Part shown: positions 51,646 to 64,000 of the stretch, one piece after another
Layout: every line of letters starts with the position of its first letter
Numbering within the stretch: position 1 is the first letter of the stretch
DNA from: Octopus sinensis
Taxonomy: Eukaryota
Reading direction: 5' to 3'
Assembly (NCBI RefSeq): GCF_006345805.1
Contig: NC_043024.1
Location: 4,836,001 to 4,900,000 of the forward strand
Length of the DNA stretch: 64,000 bases
Notes under the pieces: model-generated
The model's database searches: none
What the model saw: the letters and a program-made list of their open reading frames with translations, nothing else
Told to the model about the DNA's origin: nothing
Translations under genes and position numbers: made by a program

Positions 51646-54405
51646 CAGCTAAGGTTAGATAGGTCTAGGATAGAGGACGATTTAGTTAAGAATTTAAACG
51701 AGGCAATGGAAGCTGGCTCTGCATCCGGAGTGATGGCGGCAAGGACGGTATTGTACCGTCACCTTAACTCCAAACACGAAGGTTGCAGAGTCAGAGCTAA
51801 GCTACGCGCTGGGAAACGAGAAGGTATTAACGTTGCCGGATGGGCCCGTCGAGTGGAGAGTCAGAGAGGTAACAAAGCCTCAATCAAGTCTTTAACTGAC
51901 GAACAGGGACAAAAGATCTATGGACAGGAGGAGATGCAAAAGTTTCTTCACCAGCATTTCGCCCGCGTGTTCGGGGGTGGTGTGGCGCCGGAGCGGGGGA
52001 GGACCTTAAAGGACTTCCTGGCCGGCGGACCGCGGCTCTCGGGGCGTGAGGTGGAGTGCTGTGAAGAAGCGATCACTCCCGCGGAGATAGAGGGGATACT
52101 GGCCGGATGCGCCGGGGAGAAGTCGCCGGGGTTGGATGGTCTGCCCTACGAGTTTTACCAAAGTATGCCGGACTTGTTCGGGGGAATATTGGCAGGCGTC
52201 TACACGAACTGGCAGCAGAATGGGAGAATTCCCAGTTCTGTAAGCCGGGGAGTGGTGACGCTAATCCAGAAAGACCCGAGCAAGGGGGATAACATTAGTA
52301 ACTACAGGCCCATAACTCTACTTAATGTAGAGTTAAAGATTTTGGCCAAGGTGTTGGCAAAAAGGTTGACGGTTGTCGTGGAGAAACTTATAGGGAGAGC
52401 ACAGACATGTGCAATTCCAGGCAGGTCGATCCAGGACAATCTTCACCTTATACGCTACACCTTAGATAGGGTGGGTAAATTAACCGGCAAGGCCGGGGTA
52501 ATGGTCCATTTAGACCGAAGTAAAGCGTTCGATAGGGTAGACCATGAGTACCTGGCGACGGTCCTCGAAGCGGCTGGACTGGGCCCTGGATTTCGCGGGT
52601 GGATCTCCGCTATGTATAGCGGCATCAAGTCCACCGTCCAGATAAACGGTTACCTAACGGAACCGTTTTCGATCGAATGTTCAGTTCGTCAAGGGTGCCC
52701 CTTGTCACCACTTTTGTACGTGTTGGCTCTTGAGCCATTGCTGCGAAAGTTGGAGAGGCTGGGACGTAACTCGGATGACATCGGAGGTGGGAGAACGGTT
52801 ACTGCTTATGCGGATGACGTCACCCTCATCGTGTCCAATGAGGCCCAGCTACCTTGTGTGGAAGAGGCTATCAGAGGATACGAGGCGGTGGCAGGAGCAA
52901 AGGTTAACAAGGACAAGTCGGTTGGCTTGCGCCTCGGCACCTGGAGGAGCAAGTCGATATCGTCCAGTGTCGTGGGACACTGGACGGATGGCCCTGTTAA
53001 GTTGCTAGGAGTTTGGTTTGGGCCAGACTCCCAAACGGAGAGGAACTGGAGTGAGGTGACGAGCAAGGTGGAGGCCATAGTACGGACCTGGTCCGGAAGG
53101 TTTCTGTCCTTGAAAGGAAGGGCGGAGGTGGTACAGATGTTCATTGCATCTGTAATCACTTACCGCCTGACCGTTGTCCCTTGCCCCGATTCATGGCTTA
53201 GCAAGTTGGAGCGAATCCTTTTCCGCTTTTTGTGGAAGGGAGGAAAGCCACTTGTGAGGCGCTCCGTTTGCTGCCAGGAACCGTTAAAGGGTGGGTTAGG
53301 AATGCCTTGGTTGATGATGCGCAGACATGCGTTGAAGCTGAAGCATCTCTGGCACCACCTGGAGGGTGATAAGGTGTGGAGTCCGCTGGCAGGGGAATTT
53401 TTCCCGAGACCGGCCTCCTTTGTGAATTTTAAACCCGGTCGCATCAAAAGATGGAAACTGATTTTATGGCAAAAGGAGTGCCGACAGGCACTCACGCTGA
53501 TCCACAAGGCGGGCAAGGCCGGCTGCGGAAATACCACCTCGGTATTTTATAGAAGGCTGGTAGAGGCAAAGAACGACGACGTCCTAGGAGGGGCTCTGGG
53601 GTTTGACGAAGACCAGCTTACCAACCTGTTTAAAAAGACTTTCAGGACGGGGTATTTGGATAATTTCCAAAGATCCCTGGCCTGGCAGTGCTATAGGAAT
53701 GCTTTACCTGTTCGCGAGAAGTTATCGCGGCACGGAATTTCAGTGCCACCGACGTGTCCAAGGTGCGAGTTGGACGATGAAACCGTCCAGCACGCTTTTG
53801 TACACTGTCGGAAGTTGTCCGACTTGATAAGTTACGCAGAACATGTGTTATCGCATCTGGGACGCGTACAGCTGTCGGCTGAGTCTATGATTAAGATGAT
53901 ACCGCCAACTGGACTCTCGAAGGAAGGTGAGGCATGTTTTCACTGCACGGTTGCAGTAGTAAAAGAATGCATGTGGCGTACAAGAATGGAAGGAGTCGCG
54001 ATAGGATCCTTTGTCTCGGGCCCCGGCTTGCTCACTTACTTCAGATATCATCTGAAGAGCAAAATGGGGCTGGAAAAGAGGATCTTACCACGGGGTGTGT
54101 ATGAGAAAAGATGGAAGTAAGTGGAAAAAAAGGTGGGTGTCAGAAACCCAGCTTAACTATGGAGGGAGGAGAGGAAACAAAAGCTGCGGGGCCTTATAAA
54201 TTGCCGGGGTTTAAAAGATCGAAAGTTTATGTAATGTTATAATATTCTATTGGTCATGTAAAGGACAATTTACAGACGAATTTTTATAATGAATAATCCA
54301 AATGTTATGGAAAATTTTAAATCGAACCTCTTAACTGTTTTTTGCATGTATGTCCTGTATTTGTCCTTCTATGTAACGATTGTATAATCATAATAAAGAA
54401 ATATG
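51646..54405 (+). mobile_element. LINE family A, copy 3 (5' part lost in the gap); RT frame open 51706-54120
   Basis: About 98% similar to copies 1 and 2. The stop is only about 11 codons short of the consensus end. The 3' junction is at GAGTTAGTTCCCCTTG (54406-54421). Confidence 0.95.
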
Positions 54406-55300
54406 GAGTTAGTTCCCCTTGTTGAGTCTTCCTAATTAAGTGTATTTCTTGTTCTTGTTTCTCACGCACTTTGATTGTTTGATCAGTTCCACTTGACAAC
54501 TGATATTTAAGAGAAAACCCAATCAAATATATACAAATGATTGGTAATTAACTGTCTAAAGAAACAGATACAGCATTTACGATTATGTGGACGTGAAAAA
54601 TATTAATTAACGTTTGTTGTAGAAACCTAGAAATTCTCTTGAAGCTGTCGTTGTCCACTCTGACTCCAGTTCTCACATCTTCCTCCTTCACTCTTTCTCT
54701 CCATACCTATTACTATGTAAGTATTTATTTAAACATTTCTATTATATATGTGTCGTATTATGTACATTTATTTGTTTCGATGTGTTGAGATAGTTAAAAG
54801 AAAAGAAAATCTCACTAAGACGAAATTATACGAAAGGCTGTAATTTTAATACTTTCATTGTGTTGTCGTTTTCTTTTAGACATTTCATTGCACTTTTGGT
54901 TATTTTCTAAATTATTTGTAAAAACGTCGGATCAATCCCTTGTTTAGATAACATTTATCTTTCTTTCTAACGTGTAAATTCGACAATTTCGTTAAATGCG
55001 GGAAAATTACGATGCAATTAGTAAGAAATGGGGAATGTATAAAACTACGAGTGTGCACTTGAAATACTGAAACGAAAAGCAAATATCGTATCGAGAGGAA
55101 ATGGATCGGCTTTTATTCAAGAGATAGGAAGTCTTTATTTCCGGTGGTTTTTCTACATCATTAAAAGTTAGAATTAATATGTTTTTCTAATTTATTTAAT
55201 TTTTGTGTGTGTGGAGTGCTGCTTTAAGCACCTAATATAATCCCTCGTCACATATTTTTATTTGGGGGAATTTTCAGAAATTTTTGCGTACGAGAATTCG
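54406..55300 (+). promoter_or_regulatory. ZNF promoter/exon block for ZNF-5
   Basis: CCAAT pair at 54519-54544, donor at 54717, acceptor at 56368. Confidence 0.65.
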
Positions 55301-56813
55301 TTCGGTCATGCAACCAAAAAAAGAAAACAATCAACTGTGATTTATGAGCTATTTAGCTGTTATTTTTCGCACATCTCACGACCAGTATGGTAATAATTCT
55401 CTGCTTAAGTTCCTCTGGGCTTGCAGGAAGAGGGGAGACATAGACTAGGCCCTCCCTGAGAAAGAAATGGCAAGGTGTCAGTTCAGGTGAACGTGGCGGC
55501 CATTTCAACAGCACATTGCCTTCTTCAGGACGCGCCAAACTCTTTGGAGGAATCTGGCTTTCATTCTCCACATCAACCAATAATTTTTCCTACATTAAAA
55601 TTACCCCACTAAGGATTTTGATGCTGTTAGTGAGACATCAATATTATTTACTGACATTTATTCATCTTTTATGCTCAACAAAATATTAACGTTGAGCTAA
55701 CCGTATATATATATATATATGCATTTGTGTATATGGCTCCCATGCAGGTGGCATGTAAAAAGTACCATTCGAGCATGATTGATGCTAGTGATGCCTGACT
55801 TGCACCCATGCCGGTGGCACATACAAAGCACCATTCAAGCATGGTCGATGCCAATGCTACCTGACTGGCTTCGTGGCACATAAAAGGCAACCACTACACG
55901 CTCAAACAGCATCCAGCTGTAGAAATCTTGCCTGATAAGATTGAACCTTGTTCAGCCTCATGGCTTGCCAGTCCTCAGTCAAACCTCACAACCCATGCCA
56001 GTGTGGAAAGCAGATGTTAAACGATGATGATGAAGGTAGAGAAAGAGCGATGTCTGTTTTAGCAAACAAAGATACAAGACTGCAATGAAAACATCAGAAA
56101 TCTAGTGTCATTTATATGTATATTGGTGTGTGTGTGTGTGTTGAAGTGTGTCTATGACAGACTTTATATTCCAGGAGTTGGTATTATTATAGATGTGTCT
56201 ACTCTATGATATAAACATTTTGGTAATGCAGAAATTGGATGAATTTAATACTTCAGATAAAGAATTACTTCTACAATTTATGAAAACAGAAATGTCGTAA
56301 ATTTGCACTTTTGAATATCTGCCTTTTAAACATACTTGATGTCTATATTATTTTTTCTATTCTTTCAGAAAATCACATGAAATTGGCTAAAAATTTTTTT
56401 ACTTTTAAGAATCATCAATATGTATCATGTTTGAAAGACTCTGCAAAGATATTCTACAAACGTATAATCCTGCTTCTATACAACATTGCTGAGTTACAGT
56501 AAAATATTTCCTCTGAGAGAGAAAGCATTTCTTTACTTCTGTGTCTGAAATGTGCAAGAGATAATTTTCTCTTTTAAATATACTTTGATGGATTGCCAAA
56601 GAGTATTTGCAACATTTTTAGATATTGGCATTGATCACATTTAGAACAAATATAAAAGAAGTGATATTTGTTTGGAATAAACTATAAAAGCAAAAAGATG
56701 CAAAATATCCATATATTTTGGTGAGAGAAGAAATATTATTGAAAAGTTGTTGATCTGTACAACTTGAAGGATTGATTTTATTTGTTCTTGAAGAGGTGTC
56801 TGAAGAATTTTGA

Positions 56814-58421
<1,608 letters not shown>

Positions 58422-61400
58422 CACAGTGACATTGGTTGTATAACATTCCTTCAGAAGGACAAGTTTGTATCTCGTAAAACCCTCTACACAAGAAAGAAAC
58501 TATATCAATGTGATATCAATGGTAAGCCTTTCATTTGAAATGATCTATTAACGAATCAAAAGAGCATTGACAGAGGAAGGAAAACATATCACTGTGATAG
58601 CAGTGCTTAATCATTCTATCAAAATGGAGAATTCTACACAGTCATATTAATATGAAAGATAAAACCATACCCTAAGACATTTGTGCTAAGTCAATCTATG
58701 AAAATGATCAATTATTAAAACATAACTGCATTCATACAGAAGAGGAACCATATCACTACAATGATGATAATCATCATCATTTAAAATTCGCTTTTCCATG
58801 CTTCAATGGATCAGATGGAATTCATTGATGGAGATTTTCCTGAGCTGGGTACCCTTTCTTGTTACCAATCCTCACCTGTTTCCAAGCAAGGAAATATTTT
58901 CCCTGGTGAGACATAATTTACGCAGAGGACTGGAAATGAAGAACTGCACAAGTATGATGGTCATGATGGCCATTTACGGACATCACATAATATCTGGACA
59001 AGGGTACACTCACTTATGCATACACACTCACACACGTGTGTATATGTATGTATGAAGAATTTCTTATAGGAGATATTTTACATGTTTTCTCTTTGTCTAA
59101 AAGTTTGTAATTCCTATTAGGTAATGAAACATATGTAATGCTGAATAAATACTATCAAACTGTTTTCCAGTCTCCTTATGTGATATGTAATTACTCTGCA
59201 AAAAATATTATCCAAACCTCAGACAAAAATGATATTTATGTATATATATAAGAACCAGCTTGTTTGTACAGCTGTTATGCTTTCATTAGATTAGTGGAAT
59301 AAATGAGGGGTGGGGACAGAAGTGGAGAAATAGAGTAAGGTGATCTTATAATAATTCTGCTTCTCATTCTGTTACTTAGCTCGTCAGTAACACTTTCATG
59401 TTATTAGAGAAAAGGGGGTAGAGAGAGAAGAGATTATAAGACAAAGAGAGAGGCAAATAGAGAAAGAAAGAAAAGGGAGAGACAAAAGACTAAGAAAGAA
59501 GCAAGTATGACATGTGATAGGGGGAATGTAATAGTTATTTTATGGTTAAAAAAGCTAGCTGAAGGTTGTGATATAGAAAAGAGTTAGAAATATAATCTTA
59601 GCAGAGGGGTGATGTTCTGATGGTGAGATTAAAGAAAGGCAGAGAGAGAGAGATGATGGTGGTGGTGTGTTGATAGTGAAAAGGAATTTCTTTTTTTTAT
59701 AGAGACCATCACTCAACACTTGCACTTCTGTGCAATTATTTATCGTCTTCTCACTTAAGAGATTGATATTTGTTTCTAAGGATTAATTTAGCCTAAACTA
59801 TGGATTCACAAGAGACACAGTTGCAAGCTGCCTGAGAAAAGATGCACAGATCTAGAGCATGGAACACTAAGAAGATATAATAAAAAAGATGGCACCGATG
59901 GTGTTGTGAGGAATTGGATGTAGACAGATGCCAAGTATATTCAAAGAAAGCTAAAACTATGAATGCTATAAAAATGCAAATCATCCTCTCTTTCTTAAAT
60001 AGGTCCTCTTAATTTTTTTCATTCTGTAGAATTTACATGGGTCCCACTAGTAATTAATAATAAACTAAGGTGGCGAACTGGCAGGGTCGTTAGCACATTG
60101 GGGAAAATGCTTAGCTGTGGTTCTTCTGACATGACATTTGCATTTAAATTCTGCCAAGGTGGACTTTGTCTTTTGTCCTTTTGGGGGTTGGTGGAAATAA
60201 GCAATGGTTGAGCACTGGAATCGACATATTCAACTTAACACACACCCATGGAATTGCTGGCCTTGTGCCAAAATTTGAAAACAGTACGAACTTTGATGTC
60301 GACTTCTTGCTCTTGACTGTGATAATGCCAGAAGCACTTTGGCTTGCTTCAGTAGGTTCTGTTGAACTTTGGTGTGTGGCCAACTGAGGAATTCTATCAA
60401 AGACTTTGTCCAGGCCAACAAGTGCCAAGTATAATGGTTTATTCACAACTAAATACTTGTATTGCAGTTGTAAGTAGGCAGACCTATACACACACACACA
60501 TATATTACATTAAAAATGAACTTCAATCTTGCTTCCAATGTTACATAGCCAAAATGGCACATAATGGGGAAAATACTAAGAATTAAGACTTTCCTGAAAT
60601 GTGAATACAAACGGAATAAAACAAGTTTCGCATGAATTGGACAACTGGTTCTTGAGATATTAGGAGTTTTGGTGGGTATAAATACCCAAAACAGTGCATA
60701 TTGAGAAAATACACCAAAAATAACTTAACCCTGAAAAGGAAAAATTTCTAGCCTTTCGGTTAGACACATTATGACTAACTTGCCAACAAAAAAAGTTGTT
60801 TTTACAGGAAATGTTTCTATTTTTACTTTTTTGTATTTATATTTTAGCTTTCTTTAAACAGACAATTTTATTTATTTTTTTATTATATTCAATTGAATAC
60901 CATTACGAATATTGTTTTGGCATATTTAAAAAATATTTTAAAGTGAAGATGGCTTTACAAATACTGTAAATATTTCGTAAAAGACCTGTTCATAACCTCA
61001 CTGAAATAAATTCTTTCCATAGGTTTTATTCAAGTGCATTCAATGTATCTCATCTCCAAAGATTCGGTTGCTATATCTAGCATGCCCTGTTACCATACAA
61101 CAGCTATTTACGATAAAGGACTCAAAATAGCTATTTAAATTCTGTTGGTGGGGAAACTCCAAGGTCCCCCACCACCCCTCCCCCTTTCTTTTCTGGAAGA
61201 ATGTGGCGGCTGGTGGGTTTGGACTGAGCATCGTTGAATGCACTAAAAAAAACGTGTGGAAAAAATTATTTCACACCAAAGTACAAACGGGTCCTTTATG
61301 AAAAAGAAAGGACGGGTCATTCGAAGCTTTCTGTCTCCTGTAAAGAACCAGGTCGTCCTCGCAATTTCGGCTGATTAATCTTGAGATTGCTCCAATCTGG

Positions 61401-62056
61401 CCAGCCCCAAGGAAAAAGTAAGCTAAGAGCATCAGATTCCTTGGAAGAAAGCATGGAATGTATACGAAAATAAAGACGGAAAAACAGACGATGTTACACA
61501 AATATAAATACAAAATACAATAAAAATATTAATAATAATAACAGGACATAACAACAGGTGTCTTTCGACTGGGGACGAATTGAATTCAGCTGGTGTGTGT
61601 GGAAATGAAGCCTTACGGCAGAGATACAGAACTTTCACAAACACGGAAGAATATCGATGTTGCACTGACTGTGGTCAGACGCAAAAAGAGGGTTAGCTGT
61701 CTGGCCTATCGGTCACGTGGGAAGAGAAGAGAGAGAAAAAGAGGAACAAAAGAATTAAGGAGGCGAAAGAGAAGAGAGAGAGTTGTAGAAGCAGATGAAC
61801 AGAAGAATTAAGGAGGGGCATATATATATATATATACACACATATTGTTATGAAAGTCTTTTCCTTGGGAAGTAAAATAGTGGATTCCCCATCAGTTTCC
61901 CCATTGTTCTCGGCAATATGCCTCTCTTTCTCGCTATTTTGCACTTATAAAATACTAGAATTTCGTAAAGCAAAAGCTAGTTGGTGAAATGAGATGACCA
62001 GAGACAGCCATGATACATACAACTTTCACCAGCTTATCTTTCTCTAGCAAAGGCAC

Positions 62057-62438
62057 AGGAGTGGCTGTGTGGTAAGTAGCTTGCTTACTAACCACATGGT
62101 TTCTGGGTTCAGTCCCACTGCGTGGAATCTTGGGCAAGCGTCTTCTTCTATAGCCCCGTGCCGACCAAAGCCTTGTGAGTGGATTTGGTAGACGGAAACA
62201 GAAGGAAGCCTGTCGTATATATGAATATATATATATATATATATATGTGTGTGTTTGTCCCGCTAGCATTGCATGCTGGTGTGTTTACGTCCCTGGCACT
62301 TAGCGGTTCGGCAAAAGAGACCGATAGAATAAGTACTGGGCTTACAAAGAATAAGTCCCGGAGTCGATTTGCTCGACTAAAGGCGGTGCTCCAGCATGGC
62401 CGCAGTCAAATGACTGAAACAAGTAAAAGAATAAAAGA
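62057..62438 (+). mobile_element. tRNA-derived SINE, uninterrupted
   Basis: AGGAGTGGCTGTGTGGTAAG A-box-like and GGTTCAGTCCC B-box-like head, central (TA)n, A-rich tail. Confidence 0.85.
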
Positions 62439-62524
62439 GTATATATATATAAATATAATATATATATATATATAGATATATAAATATATATATAATTATA
62501 ATATATATATATGTGAATTATTAA

Positions 62525-63600
62525 AAATTTCCATATGTGCAGCCAAACAGAAAAGATTCGGCAGGATTGGTAATAATGACAATAATAATAATTTATGAGA
62601 CAGAATTATCAAAGAAACATCTTTCACAAAATCCAAAATCTACCAAAGTAGAGCCGAAATTCTTTAAAGAGTGGAGTTAGCTCCCGTTGTTCATTGTAAA
62701 AACTTCTCATTAAGTGTATTTCTTGTTTCTCACGCACCTTTATTGTTTGATCAGTTCCACTTGACAACTGATATTTAAGAGGAGAACCCAATCAAATATA
62801 TACAAATGATTGGTAATTAACTGTCTAAACAAACAGATACAGCCTTTACGATTATGTGGACCTGAAAAATATTAATTAACGTTTGTTGTAGAAATCTAGA
62901 AATTCTCTTGAAGCTGTCGTTGTCCACTCAGACTCCAGTTCTCACATCTTCCTCCTTCACTCTTTCTCTCCATATCTATTACTATGTAAGTATTTATTTA
63001 AACATTTCTATTATATATGTGTCGTATTATGTACATTTATTTGTTTCGATGTGCTGAGAAAGTTAAAAGGAAAAAAAATCTCACTAAGACGAAATTATAC
63101 GAAAGGCTGTAATTTTAATACTTTCATTGTGTTGTCGTTTTCTTTTAGACATTTCATTGCACTTTTGGTTATTTTCTAAATTATTTGTAAAAACGTCGGA
63201 TCAATCCCTTGTTTAGATAACATTTATCTTTCTTTCTAACGTGTAAATTCGACGATTTCGTTAAATGCGGGAGAATTACGATGCAATTAGTGAGAAATGG
63301 GGAACGTGTAAAAGTACGAGTGTGCACTTGAAATACTGAAACGAAAAGCAAATATCGTATCGAGAGGAAATGGAACGGCTTTTATTTGAAACATAGGAAG
63401 TCTTTATTTCTGGTGGTTTTTCTACATCATTAAAAGTTAGAATTAATCTGTTTTTCTAATTTATTTAATTTTTGTGTGTGTGGAGTGTTGCTTTAAGCAC
63501 CTAATATAATCCCTCGTCACATTTTTATTTGGGGGAATTTTCAGAAATTTTTGCGTACGAGAATTCGTTCGGTCATGCAACCAAAAAAAGAAAACAATCA
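62525..63600 (+). promoter_or_regulatory. ZNF promoter/exon block of a further unit running off the window, with empty LINE target
   Basis: Target variant GGAGTTAGCTCCCGTTG at 62673-62689, CCAAT pair at 62788-62813, donor at 62986; continues collinear with 54420-55710. Confidence 0.7.
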
Positions 63601-64000
63601 ACTGTGATTTATGAGCTATTTAGCTGTTATTTTTCGCACATCTCACGACCAGTATGGTAATAATTCTCTGCTTAAGTTCCTCTGGGCTTGCAGGAAGAGG
63701 GGAGACATAGACTAGGCCCTCCCTGAGAAAGAAATGGCAAGGTGTCAGCTCAGGTGAACGTAGCGGCCATTTCAACATCACGTGGCCTTCTTCAGGACGC
63801 GCCAAACTCTTTGGAGGAATCTGGCTTTCATTCTCCACATCAACCAATTATTTTTCCTACATTAAAATTTCCCCACTAAGGATTTTGATGCTGTAAGTGA
63901 GACATCAATATTATTTACTGACATTTATTCATCTTTTATTCTCAACAAAATATTAACGTTGAGCTAACCGTATATATATGTATATATATATATATATGTA

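Noticed and set aside
51646-54405. LINE copy 3 as an assembly duplicate of copy 1 or 2
   Set aside because: It has private substitutions, lacks their frameshifts and has a different 3' flank; its placement across the gap remains unverified.
62057-62125. tRNA-like sequence
   Set aside because: It is the SINE head with A/B-box-like motifs; no complete cloverleaf.

Overview
Eukaryotic, AT-rich, repeat-dense DNA with a 100-N gap at 51546-51645. It is very likely a coleoid cephalopod (Octopus-like); this rests on my recall of the [17 protein letters not shown] finger style and the SINE/RTE repeats, not on a database search. The window is a cluster of segmentally duplicated C2H2 zinc-finger (ZNF) gene units. 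Each unit appears to consist of a promoter-like block with an invariant inverted CCAAT pair, a non-coding exon ending in GTAAGT, an intron, an acceptor, a short uORF, an effector-less poly-finger ORF and a 3' region with fossil fingers. Five ZNF ORFs are present: 7828-8685 (-), 20292-20855, 26417-27790, 37181-38296 and 56844-57932 (+). There are two further promoter blocks with no ZNF ORF visible and the 3' tail of a unit lying before the window. The most striking observation is a young L1/Tx1-clade LINE present three times (29960-35267, 41081-46354, 51646-54405). Each copy ends at the same nucleotide of the ZNF promoter block, with a 16-17 bp target duplication visible for copies 1 and 2, and paralogous empty sites lie in the same window. 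Other content: a second Tx1-like family, RTE LINEs (one with a PHD-like finger inside the RT), a mariner, a foldback-like element and a MITE with GG termini and 8-bp TSDs, SINEs, a degenerate Penelope-type hammerhead ribozyme, a perfect 83-bp-arm palindrome and about 2.5 kb of (TA)n-rich microsatellite. Exon and promoter calls are inferences from paralog conservation, and all identity values are rough hand counts.
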